Assembly (NCBI GenBank): GCA_020137815.1
Contig: CM035354.1
Span: forward strand, 3,100,001 to 3,164,000
Direction: 5' to 3'
From: Hormiphora californensis
Taxonomy: Eukaryota > Animalia > Ctenophora
DNA length: 64,000 nt
A model generated the notes under the pieces. It worked only from the letters and a program-made list of their open reading frames with translations. It was not told where the DNA came from and made no database searches. Shown here one piece after another: positions 1 through 12,591 of this stretch. Every line of letters starts with the position of its first letter. The stretch's first letter is position 1. The translations under genes were made by a program, and so were the position numbers.

Positions 1-308
1 TAAAGAAGTTGCGGGGCTGTGAAATGTGAATCTGTAACATGTGATCTGTGTGATATCAGTGTATTTTATCAGTTGTAATACTCAGGGTTTGTTACTCGTC
101 TTTGCAGTTCTTGTTTCACCACCCCCCTCTCTCTTGGTATCGTTTTCTGGATTTCTTTCGAACTATTTCAGGCATCATTAGATATCCTTTAACCCCTTAT
201 CACTCAAGTCTCATTGTACCTCATTGTAATTTATTGTACTTCATTGTATCGTATCTGTGTCATATTATATATCCCCCACACGTTTTACTCACATCCCTTT
301 TCACCCAG

Positions 309-1200
309 ATTAAAGATCCAAAGAAACAGCGACTGTTGTACGAGGAGTGGGTTGGCCTTTTTGATAAATACAAGCACCCCGAACCTATTATCCATCCCTG
401 GTCACCTGAGGGTACTGCCTACGACCGCCAAATCTACTTTCCAAAACATATTGCCTGTAAGTATATATTATTGACTTGTTTGAGTCAGGCTCAATTGAGG
501 GTGGGTACTACCTCACCCACTGGGTAGTGTGGAGAGAGAGGAATGGTGGATGTATGAGGTTGATAGTTAAAGTTCTGTTTGTGTGTACAGTATAATTCGT
601 TGTGTGTGGTCGGTTTTGAGGTTTTTCAATGGTATTGTTCCGGCTCTCACCTATCCCTCCACTCTTCCTCCCTTTCTCTCACCCTTTGGCCTATTTACAA
701 TAGCCTACAATTCACAGTGGCATATATTGAGTGTGCTTTGGCCTATTTACAATAGCCTACAATTCACAGTGTGGCCTGTATTGAGTGTGACCTGGTGGGT
801 TTGGGTGCCTCACACACACAAGGCTCTCCGCTACACACACACCCACAGACTCCGGGGGCAGGTGGAATATGACGGAGGGCGCGAAGACCCACAGACAGTG
901 AGAGTATCACTCTTTGCGCGCGTAATATCTTACACACAACAAAACTGACCTCTCACACGCAAGAGAGAATGCTCCCGGAGAGTCCTCTGAATGCACCTGT
1001 GTTCTAAACAAATTATAAATATCCCCTTCTCTCTCTCAGTGGCTACACCGGAACAGTCCTGGTGGGTAAAGGAGTGGCAGCTAGATCGCAACATCAGCGG
1101 ACTAAAGGAGTACGAGTGGGACAAGAGGCCTGGTTGGAGGTCACTTATCACTCGCAATAATAGGAGATCTCATCTAGTGGGCTACGAAGATGACGTCTAA
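309..1200 (+). CDS. NDUFB9: NADH dehydrogenase 1 beta subcomplex subunit 9 (LYR family), 3' exons 309-456 and 1040-1200; 5' part outside the window
   Basis: Exon reads IKDPKKQRLLYEEWVGLFDKYKHPEPIIHPWSPEGTAYDRQ, resembling the NDUFB9 motif HPQPYIFPDSPGGTSYER. Phase-1 GT(457)/AG(1039) junction joins it to a last exon with ...WRSLITRNN...; stop at 1198-1200. Confidence 0.8.
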
Positions 1201-1423
1201 ATATATATATCAAAAGAGACAACAAGTTATATAGTGCCTTGGAAATTGTGTGCCCCCACGGGGCCGGCCTTGTTAAGTTATCACGTTTTGTATACAGTTA
1301 AACTCTCGATAATATATTCCAATTACCCATCTCCAGCGGCCAGCCCCATTACTCCTCCTGTCCCCTCCCCTCCCCGCTCTTTTTCTCCCCAGCCGTTAAT
1401 CACCTCTCTTCCTTTAGCTAAAG

Positions 1424-4280
1424 ATGGCTCACGGTGGATCATTCTCAATGCCAGGCTACAGCCCCTTTTCTGAGGACCTCGCCTTTGACATGAAGTCCAT
1501 GTCGCTGCAGGCTGGTCCCAACCCCAACAACAACCCGGGCGTGCACCTCCAAAATGTGTTCCATGCCAACCCAGGAGCGAGGGGAGCCGCAGCAGTTGGA
1601 GGGGCAGGTAACCAGTCTTCCGCAAACATGCAAAAAGATCAATTTATGTCAATGTTGGGCCTCCACTCGCCCCAGCAACAGTCACAGCAACAGTTCAGTC
1701 AGTATCCTGGGTTCCACCAGCAGCAACAACAGCAACCCAAGTATACCTCCCCTCAGCAGCACCAGCAACACCAATTCCATCAGTACCAACAGCAACAGCA
1801 ACAATTTGCTAGACAGCAGCTTCTCCAGCAACAGCAACAGATGATGGCACAGCAACAACAATCTAGGATTGCCCGGCCACCACAACAGCAACAACCTACA
1901 TCCCCCGGAGCGCCTATCCAGCGAGCCCCTGGGACCTCCCTGTCCGCCTCACCGGGCATGGCACCTGCAGCTGGCGCCTCGCCAACACAAAATAGCAGCG
2001 CTCTGTCTGCCAGTGCTTGTGAGTTCGTTCCAGTGTTTAGGAAACCCGAGAAGAAGTTGGTTCTGTATTCGTTTGAGAACTTCAAGAGGAAATCTAACTC
2101 CGATGATGCTATGGCTATTAACCAGGTTCGTGGAACTAATATCCTAAAACATGCCAATTAGGAAACCCACAGCAGTTGCAATTAGTTTCACTATCTTTCC
2201 TGTTCTGTATCACTATAATATCACCACTCAAAATACCATCTGATCTCCAACAATCTCTCTCTGTAGGTAAAACAGAAGATGGTAGAACTGCTAAAGAACC
2301 CCAGGAACATCGAGGACACCATCTTGCCCGTGGTGGACACTGTCAAGAGTTGGTCCACTGATATAATAACCTTCCACCAGATCGTCGAGGATGTCTTCGA
2401 GTTTGTAAGTGTTCTTACCAAATATGGTCATGATCACGTGGTGACCAAATATGGCTATCACGTGATAATATTCCATCAGATAAGATCGTCTTTGATTTGG
2501 AGTTTTATCAATACTAATCAATACTAATTTTTTATTAACCCCCTTTTCTTTCCTGCAGTCGGTTGATGATAACAACAGGCTCCCCAACAATGGAAGTTTC
2601 ATCCCTATTGGATGCAAAGTGCTCAACATCCTGGTTAAAACTATCACCCCGATTGAAGGGAACAAGAGTGTGACATTCTTTGATACCCTTGTCCACAAGT
2701 GTTGTCGGGAGTTTGATAATTGTATCAAGTTGGATCATACGATTCCTGCCAATGCTAACAGGATACGAAACATTGCGCTCATCATTGGAGGGCTGTTCAA
2801 TACCATAAAAGGTAAGGGCCGGGAGGGCTGTTCAATACCATGTAAGGTAAGGGAGAGAGTTGATACCATAAACGGTAAGGGAGAGAGTTGATACCATGTA
2901 AGGTAAGGGATACATAACTCTGGTGAAAACACAATTTCCATTCTTTTCAGAGGGTGAGATGAGGGTATACCTGTTTGCTGAGCAAGTTACCAACCTATGC
3001 TTGATCCTGGTCCAAGTGAGGACTCCCCCTGCGGTAGGTACCCCCCCCCCCTGAGTTGTAAAACTATCTAGCATTAACGAACTTACCACAACCCCCTGTT
3101 TCACTGTTGCCCTCGACAATGTTCGTTATATCATATTCTCGAATCGAGAATATGATATATCTAGAATCTCGATATATCTCTATCTGAATTCCAACCATTA
3201 TCGAACTAACCACGACACAACTCCCTCTACTCACCAATGTATATTGTATTTCTATCTGAATTCCATCCCGTTACCTCCAGCTCTAAGCACCAAAATAACT
3301 CTTGCCTTCCTTTGTTACAGCTGGAAGCGGTTGCTAAGATACTCCTGGCCAGTGGAGGTGATTTGAGGTGTCTGGTAGAGGAGATCCGGTTCAGCATCAT
3401 CCTTCAGCATCTCCAAAATGCCGCACAGAACCCCCAACTTGGCAGGTACTTTAAAATAAAACAGTCAAACAGCTCCATTTACCGGGTTTCCCGGCGGAAG
3501 GATTTTTACAAAACTCTGCAACTGTGATTATTCCCTGACTGTATTAATTGGACCCACACGCCACACAACTCCCCTCCCCCTTGTTGAATCCTCCCCCCCC
3601 CCCCCCCACCATTGTTGAATAACACCCCCCCCCCCCCCCGCAGTAAAACAAAGGCAATGCTGGATGATATTTTGGCGCTGAACGCTAATGGTTGGAAGAC
3701 AGAGCACCATGACCCGGACCAGCCCGACCAGTTTACTGGAGGTAGGGGTGGTAACAAGCTACAGAAGAGCTGGAGTACTGGGTCAGATGATTGTGCACCT
3801 GTCACCAATCCTGGTAATTATTAAATTAATTATTTAATCGGCAATTAATCTGTCTCATAACTAATCGGTAATAACTAATAACGATGTTACTGCTTTACTG
3901 CACGTGTGCGAGGTAGGAGCTGACACTTGACCAGTCTCAGAACAGTACAGCTCTTAAATCTCACTTGTCTCTTCTTTCTATACATGTCTCCATGTTTCCC
4001 CCTTCTTTCAGGTGACTGGAATGACTACGCTACAGATGAATACGATGAGGATGTACTCGCTCAAATGCTGTCAGTATATTTATATTGAGATTAATTAAGG
4101 CCTACACTTTGCATGTATAAGTATTCGGACCCCGGTAAATCGGGGCCCGGTAAATCAGGGTCTAAAATCTAACTGTATATCATCCCCCTCAGTAAATTTG
4201 AGGAAGAGGACGACTTCAGTGACGTAGAAGAGGACTTCAACAAGTTCATGGAGGAAGCAGCCCGCAAGTTCAAGAACTAA
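1424..4280 (+). CDS. PAIP1: Poly(A)-binding protein-interacting protein 1-like (Q-rich N-terminus, PAM2, MIF4G-like helical domain, acidic PAM1 tail); exons 1424-2125, 2267-2404, 2559-2811, 2951-3033, 3321-3446, 3644-3813, 4012-4069, 4193-4280
   Basis: PAM2 motif SALSASACEFVP. The C-terminus ...MLDDILALNANGW... and DDFSDVEEDFNKFMEEAARKFKN* resembles the PAIP1 LRSSNW and EEAYEKF segments. Introns are GT-AG. Confidence 0.8.
2786..2910 (+). repeat. Four tandem ~30-35 bp copies of the exon end plus 5' splice site (ataccat..a[a/c]g|gtaaggg) of PAIP1 exon 3
   Basis: Direct reading: ggtaaggg at ~2811, 2846, 2874 and 2902, each preceded by ataccat. Confidence 0.85.
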
Positions 4281-6206
4281 TTTTCCACGATCAGAGTTCA
4301 GTGAGGGACGGGGGAGGAACCCTTGCACGTGGAAATGGCGAGAAGGAGAGAGAGAGGAAGAGAGAGAGAAAGATGGACCAAGAATGTAAATAGCTGTATT
4401 TGTGTTTCCAAAAAAGTGAGATGTAGTAGAGCAAAAACAAGAGGTCCCTGAGTTGTCCGAATAAATTGTGTCAAGAGTGTTTCTTCGATCGATTATACTA
4501 ATTGTGTCTGAGTTTGAGGCTCCTCCTTTCAGGGGGTGACTATTTGTGAGTCTGACTTTACCAATTGAGTCATGATGATGACAGAGAGAGAGACAGAGAT
4601 ACCAGTTATATAATGTGCCGATATGAACCAAATTTGTTTGAGAAATGATACCAATGCCCAATATTAGTGGGCGAGAGAGAGGAGGCTTCCAGGTAGTGTC
4701 AAGGCAAAACCATCTGTGATGATGATGACGATTGAGAGTGAGAACACCCAAAAAAATATTAAAATTAGAAAATGCAATGTTTTTTGTAAACTTGGGAAAT
4801 AAATAAATGGGAATATAGACTTTTTAAATGTGTCCAGAAAAGTTCCTTTACCCATTAAATTATTTATTCCATGTTCTAATTGCCTATTTTTACTACCGTA
4901 TCTGATGAGTTTCACTTTTCTTCCGCTCCTCTGACACTCCAAGCCATCCAGTTCACATTTGGATTGACATGTTTCTCTCTTTCTGAGAAAGATCTGATGT
5001 GGCATATCTTTCTCTGTTGTTATATAATATCCATGTCATCAAACTGGTGCAAGATGATACTAATGAACAGTACACAGTGACTCAAATGTGAACCACTGGA
5101 CGGCTTGGTGTATACCTCCCCCGCCCCCCCCCCCCCCCTGTATACCTCCACCCCTTGGTGACGCGGCCACCCCTACACTAGCCGCGGCAGCGTGGCTAAA
5201 CGAAGCCCGCGATGGGATCACCAACTCCACCCCCCCCCCCCCCCTGTAAACCTCACCCGTCGACGGGCCGTCTTGTATACCTCCACCCCAAGATATCAAG
5301 GTATCTTTCCAGATCCATCATTCTGACACACATAATTGCTCCAGTTCCCACATGCTTGTCTCTGTAACTCTTGTACTACTACTAGTTCTCCACGATTATT
5401 TAACTAAAACAACACATTACCTCACTCACACAGGGTAGAAGATTCGGGAAAAGAGATTGGAAGATGGGGAAGGATTCGATTACCGTGCACACGATGAAGA
5501 GAGGAGAGAGGAGAACTGGAGAAATGTTTACAGCAGCGTTGTAGCTCTCCGTACTTCTCCACAGCAGATGCTGTAAGTGCTGTCTGTATATGTGTACACA
5601 ATGTTGTTTTGTTCAGTTAATGTTCTCAATTTGACGGGCCTTGTAATTGGTCAATCTAATTTAGAATTACCCAGATATCAGATAGATAAGTAGATTCTAT
5701 CTTAAAAACTACTATATTATATGACTATCTAGTCTTGATTGGTGTTTTGTATGTATCCTCCCACCCCTTAGGGCCCTTACTCAACAACTTCTTTATCAAG
5801 ATGACCCTAATTGGGCCCATAGAGTATTGGCATGGCCCTATTCTCATTGATTTCAAATGCACGCGAGAACAGCGGTAAGTTGTTGAGTTACTCAGCAAGC
5901 GGTCGGAGCATTGGCCTGACAGTTCCCTAGTCTGTCTGGTGAGTGGTGTCGCTGATCCGATTCGATCTGACGGATCACTGTCGCTATAACTGACTCAAAA
6001 CAGGGTCTGGAGCCGCGAGACAGCCCCCAAATTATTTTACTCCTCCTCCTCCTCCTCTACTTCAATAATTTACTTTTAAATTTATGTGCCTTTTTTACTT
6101 TTCCATTTAGTCAATTTTCCCTGTGCTCCCTACCTTTCTCATGATGACGTGCGGGCCCACGCACACGCGTGTGTCTGCAGTAATATTTGCCAGGCAATCT
6201 TCCCAC

Positions 6207-6271
<65 letters not shown>

Positions 6272-6330
6272 ATCTCTCTCTCACTCTCCTTCCCTCTATC
6301 TCTCTCTCTTTATATCTCTCTCCCACTACC
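6207..6330. repeat. (CT)n/(GA)n microsatellite; similar tracts at ~8160-8420, 9020-9240, 9850-9977, 10930-11090, 39380-39650, 51195-51310, 53540-53586
   Basis: Pure and degenerate dinucleotide runs visible directly. Confidence 0.95.
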
Positions 6331-7042
6331 TCGCAAGGTCCGCAACTTTTTTAATGATTGTCTGCATGATAGGAAGCTCTCTCTCTCTCGGCAACATTTG
6401 ACAGCAAGTAGTAGCTGGGCACACTTGTCCCTTTTGTTTCAAATCGTGTAGCCGTTTTTTATTTGTGTTTGCTGTTGCCCGGACTTTTACTAAAAGTCCG
6501 GGCAACAAAAAGCGAAGAAGGGACAGATGTACCTAAACTAGAGCTAAAAGTTTTAGTTTACAGTTCTGTCCTTTCTTCGCGTTCACTCAAAAATTATTAT
6601 CGGGTCGGTTATGAACTTTTTGGGATCTTTTGAACCCATCCGGCAACCCCAATACAGTTTTGAGCTGTGAGTCGTTATTGCATTGGATATACCTTCATTG
6701 TGTAAAATTAAAATGGATAGCGATGTAGTTTGAAAGTGTTATAAGTGGGTCCCGGCGACTGAGAGACTCTTTATTCCTCAAACGAAAGAGAGAGAAGTCG
6801 GAGTGGAAGTAGTGTGAGAGAGGAAGGAGAGTGAGAAGTGGGGGGAGAGTGAGAGAATAATAAGTAGAGTGAGAGAGGAAGGAGAGAAGGAGAAGGAGAG
6901 AAGAGAAGATGCATCTCTGAGCCGAAGAGATAGTTAGTGAGAGGGCCCCTCCCCTTTGTTGTTTGGAATGGTATTCGATTTCAGGCTCCCTTTGTCTTTT
7001 TTTGTGTCTGTGTGATGACCACCTTAGCTCTGCACAGATGTT

Positions 7043-7335
7043 ATAGGGGCAATATAGGGGAGAGAGAGGGGCAATATAGGGGGAGAGAGAGGGGCAATAT
7101 AGGGGAGAGAGAGAGAGAGGGGCAATATAGGGGAGAGAAAGAGGGGCAATATAGGGGGAGAGGAGAAAGAGGGGCAATATAGGGGGAGAGAGCTCTCGAG
7201 AGAGGGGCAATGATATAGGGGGAGAAAGAGAGCGAGGGGCAATGATATAGGGGGAGAGAGAGGGGCAATGATATATGGGGAGAAAAAGAGAGAGAGGGGC
7301 AATGATATAGGGGGAGAAAGAGGGGCAATATAGCT
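7043..7335. repeat. Purine-rich minisatellite, ~22-30 bp unit aggggcaat(g)atataggggagagag, about 11 copies
   Basis: Direct reading; produces spurious PYIAPLS-repeat ORFs on the minus strand. Confidence 0.9.
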
Positions 7336-9099
7336 AGGGAGAGGGAGAGGTACTATGAGGACAATACAGGAGGACCGCTGCAGATGTGTGCTTTTACACA
7401 CACTCCGCTTTTCGGCTAGACTTCGACCCCCCTCTTTACTTGTTCTAACCCTCCTATAATACATGTAGGGAGAAAGCTTTTGAGAGGGTCGAACAAGGCA
7501 CCCCTGTACACCAAAAGTAGACAATTAACCACCCACCCTCCGCTGATGCTGCCTACGTGTTTTGCCTCATTTCTTTCCCAAGTGTGCCTCTTTAAGCCTC
7601 AATATCCCACATTGCATGTGTAACTCAGTATCTGTGTTTGTGTACTTGTGCGTGCATCTATTTAGACTCTGGTGATATATTGAGAGGTATTAAGATCATG
7701 TGATAATGATATGTACCCACTTTTTAGGATATTTTGTGGGATATGATGAGGGTCGTGTGGGTTACATCTTATTGCATATTATACCTACATGTGTGTGTGA
7801 TTTGAATGTGATGACACGTGTAAAATACTAGTCGCTCAAGCGATCTGACTAGAATATAGATAACCTCACTTTCCCCTACGCTCTATCGCTGCCCCTCTTG
7901 ATAGACAAGAGCATCGTACAGTCCGTAATGCGAATTTCAGATCTCCTATCTATCTAACACCTCCAGTATCTCAAGTCTCAGTTCCTCTTACGGGCAATTG
8001 TCAGCGAGTCTTTCTAGCTCAGGGCTCTGTAAGCCACGCGCCCATAATATGCATGATAATATTATGTGGACTTGTACTACTACATGCAATGCGGTACCTT
8101 CTTGAAACGCGGTCCTTATTATTCTCTCTGAGAGGGGAGGAGTGCGGGAAGAGGGGAGAGAGCTAGGGAAGCAGGAGAGAGAGGGAGAGCGAGAGAGAGA
8201 GAGAAGCAGCAGAGGAAAGCCGGAGATAGACTAAGAGGAGAGTAGAGATTGAGAAAGGGAGAGAAGGAGAAAAGAAGAGAGAAGGAGAAGAAGAGCAGAT
8301 GAGAGGAGCGAAGAACGAAGGAGAGAGAGGGGCGAGGAGAGCAGAGGAGAGAGAGAGTAGAGAGAGAAGAGAGACGAGAGAGAGAGAGAGAGAGATAGGA
8401 GATGATGAGAGAGAGAGTGACTGAGATATCCGCATCTAGACTCTCTCATCGACAGATGACTCTCGATAAGCCTCTATCTCCGCATATGCCTACTCTGCAT
8501 CCTCTGCTTATTCTCCTCTCTTATCTCTTCTAAATTTTTTCCCAATCATAGCAGTATCAATGCAGAGTCAGTCTGTTGTACACTGCACCTCTCAATTAAA
8601 CTCTCGGGGCACGATCTACTAGCATAGTTATCAGTATGTCAACACTGTTGGGAAGCATAATTATCCATCCCTGTATTATATGTTTTTATATTAAATATAT
8701 CCCTCTTCCCTTGCTTTCAGCCCTCCCTCTCCCCTTGTAGCCCGCAACTTTATGTCTCTCCGTTTGGTCCCCATTTTGTAGACGATGATTGCTGATGTTT
8801 CTTAGGATCGAGTTAGGACTGTTCCTGGAAGCACTGATGATTGTTAAATTAGGGAGTTAATTGGGAGAATGATTTCTCATGATTTGCCTCTATTTATTTC
8901 TTGATGGTTATCTCTCCATCTATCTCACTCTCTCACCCTGGCGAATCAGCTGTGTCTCTCGTCAAGCGCGTATTGGATCGTCGTCGCATATCCGCCTACA
9001 CGCATGACCAATGTAGGCGAGAAGATGGAAGAGAGAGAGAGAGATGAGAGAGGGGAGAGAGTCGAGAGAGAGAGTGGATGAGAGATGAAGAGAGAGGAG

Positions 9100-9134
<35 letters not shown>

Positions 9135-9868
9135 GACGGTGAGAGGAGTACAGCGAGAGAGATCATTGGGGGTAGATGTAGTCGAGTGAGGGAAGGAGAG
9201 TGTAAGAGAGATGTGAGAGTGAGAGTGATGTGAGATGAAGGGCGTCTTCTCTCTGCTACTCAACACCCAGCACACATATCGAGTATGCTATAAAATGTAT
9301 GTGTTTGCCATCTCGCTATTACTTTTTTACATAAAATGTGAGGGTTGAATATTTGAACATTATCAATCTATAGAATCGGGAAGTACCTATATTGTGCCGT
9401 GCTTGTAAGAACCTAACTTACAAACACGGCACGACTTACAGTAAATTCTTACCGATCTTTTATCTCTTATGTTTTGAGGATGAGATTTGATGCTTGGATC
9501 CCCCTGGCCTTGTTAAGTAACCCTTTTTTAGTGCCCCTTTTTTTAGTGCCACACACACCTCCCAACTACCTAGCTGCCTTCACTTTCGACGTGATGACGT
9601 CACAAGCACCACACCTCTCTCTGACTAGATTTCAGATTTGTAGACAAGGTGCAGGTGTCTCACTCTCTCAGTCTACTGAGAATCTCAGCAGTAATGTACA
9701 CCACCACCAAGTAGCTGCCGGGGCGGTGCTGCTTTGTTAATTTTAATGGTAGCTCGTTATGTGTCCTGTGTCCTGTTTGTTAGCTATGGCAGGAGTCATG
9801 ACGAGTACATCACTCCCTACCGCGTGTGTGTATCACATTACGGCGGCTGAGAGGGAGAGAGAGAGAGG

Positions 9869-9979
<111 letters not shown>

Positions 9980-11016
9980 ATGAGTTACAGCGATGATTTG
10001 CCATCCCACACAGTGTGAGTCACACCTGTGTGTGTGGGCACCTTTGCAACGTGTAGTGATTCTAGAGTCCTCTATGTCTCCCCATGGCCCATCCCTCTTG
10101 TATTTATGACTGTCCATAACTGCATCTTGCCATCATTTGACAGATCTGTGAATGATTCACATCTGTCAGATGCACAGTGAATCCCTCCTGATGCTCCATG
10201 TGTGTAATATTTTGCCGCTGTCACAGGACAGTCTCTGTTGATAGAAGCCATGTCACACTTGTGTGATAAGGGAGATGAATTCTTTCGTTTTCTCGGCTCT
10301 GGGGGGACCTGCGTGTTTCCTCCCCCCCCCCCCCCCCATTTTCTCCCTTTTTTATTCGCCGCTCATCCTAATGGGATAGGATTCCTAATATTCTCTGTTT
10401 AGTACCTCGGTAAGGTACCCTTACTGTAGGTTCATCGGTACGGAGTGGCTTAGAACTTAGAATCGTGGATTTAAGCACATTAGGCTTACCTAGTGATTGG
10501 AAGAGACCTACCCTTTGACTTTGATATCTGGATGCATCCTCTCTTTCCCCATCCTTTCTACTTTGTGACATGTGTTAAATTTACACGCTTTTGAATCGAA
10601 AACATCACCTAACAGCAATCCTTATTTGTCGATTGACGTCTGCCTGTTTTGCCGTCAAGATCAGCTTCATTCGCTTCATTCTACCATTCTACCATTCTAC
10701 CTTTCAAAATGTCAGAGTTCAGGGTGACTGTTCTACTTCCTCCTCTCCTTCACTGTGTCCTGCCATTGGTCGCAGCTTGGGAGTTGGCGCTGTTATCGCG
10801 TCATTGGGTCATATGTTGAGCTAACATATATATGTTGAGAGAGAGAGAGTGTGTTGTTTTCTCAAGTGTTTATACTGCGCAGTGGGTGCTTGGTGATATT
10901 CTCTCTCAGTCGATCTCTCGAGATAAGAGAAGAGCAGAGAGAGAGAAGCGAGAGAGCGAGGAGAGGAGAGAAGAGCGTAGAGAGAGAGAGAGAGAAGAGC
11001 CTCTCTCTATCTCTCT

Positions 11017-11093
<77 letters not shown>

Positions 11094-11481
11094 CTGTAAT
11101 TCCCTGCTTACTATCAGCGTCACTGTCTTGATTGTTTGTGATACTGATACAACGTGTGATGTACAACACAGTTCAAAGACTCGGACCGGTGAACACTATT
11201 ACACTGTATAGTGGTAGTCTACAGCAGTGTAATTTGTCAGTCTACACTTGGAATGATCATTCTTGATCCGCTCTAGATCCGAGTATCAACCGCCAACTTG
11301 CCTTGTAGTAGAGGGGCTGAAGCACCGGGAGAGCTTGTATTGCTCTATATGTGACGTGTGTGTCAACTTGCCTTGCTTGACCCACTTTCTCCGAAAACGG
11401 TTAGAACGTAGCAAACCTCCAACTCGTCTTCCTTTGTTTTTTTGGCCAAGTCGATACTTTTGGTCCGTGATATCCAGCTCT

Positions 11482-12055
11482 GGGGGGGGGGGGGGGGGGG
11501 GGGTCCAGCCCTAAAAAAAGCTAAAGGTACCCTGATTTTGGTCGATGGCTTTTTTTATGTTAGCTTTTTTTAGCTTTTTTAGCTTTTTTTAGCCCTACTT
11601 TTTATGTTTTTTCAGCATTCATCTTGACACTTTTCCATTAAATTTTCATCCTTCCGGACGTCTATTGACTGCATTTGTTCATTTCCTGCACATTTTTTAC
11701 CATAATCTACCGTTTATGTCCATACATAGCAATTTCTGTATCCACCCCTACTGCCATTTTCTGGAGACATTTTTTCGATAAAAATATTATTCAAATTTGA
11801 TAAAAATAGTTTTAAAAAAGTTCAAAAAACGTTATAAAACGTTATAATAAAAGTTTAAAAAATTTGGCGTCAGCGGGATTCGAACCTATATGAATCCACT
11901 AAAAACTCAATTTTAGCTTTTTTTAGCTTTTTTTAGCCTATAAAAAGCTAAAAAAAGCTAAAAAAGGCTAAAAAAAAGCTAAAAAAAGCTAAAAAAAGCT
12001 AAAGGTACCCTGATTTTGGCCGATAGCTTAGCTTTTTTTAGGGCTGGACCCCCCC
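11482..12055. mobile_element. Non-autonomous foldback-like TIR element with poly-G/poly-C termini and internal 10-bp repeats (aaaaaaagct)
   Basis: TIR Gn-TCCAGCCCTAAAAAAAGCTAA ... TTAGCTTTTTTTAGGGCTGGA-Cn; 6-bp TSD agctct at 11476-11481 and 12056-12061. Confidence 0.8.
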
Positions 12056-12591
12056 AGCTCTAGAGACAAATATTTGTTGTTCAAAACACGATCAATTTGA
12101 AACTCCCTTCTCCGCGTCGCCTTGACTCCCTCCCACCTTTATATATGCAATGTGTAATGGCATAAAATGTTCCGTGTGTTTTTACTGCATGAGGCACAAT
12201 ATCCATTTACCAAAGCAATATTAGAGTAAACTGTGAGGGAGGGAGAAACTGTGAGGGAGGGAGAGAAAAAGTAGGGAATCAAGGAGAGAAAGGGCGAGTT
12301 TTAAATCCTCCTTTTTTGGTATTTAAGGGCTCCTTTGCTACTCCATTTTCAGTTCTTACTTCTGTTTTTAATATGGCTCAAAGCTAATAACAGTGGTTCT
12401 CTACTTCTTATTTTATCCGTTTAAATCCTACATGCTTGCCAGGTGGAGAAGTTAAGTCACGCACTAGCTGCTGTACATTTACTTCCAATGATAAATGATA
12501 ATGTAACTTGACTCATGATCCCTGCAGTTTAATGACACCATGACCTGAAAGGACTAGACAGCTACCAGTAGCCGGGAGACTATAAAACGCC

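Noticed and set aside
849-898. Extra NDUFB9 exon
   Set aside because: The available donor gives phase 2, which would shift the conserved last exon; the direct 456-1040 join is already in frame.
11840-11900. Functional tRNA gene
   Set aside because: Only the T-arm and 3' end are recognisable; no D-arm/A-box or anticodon arm.
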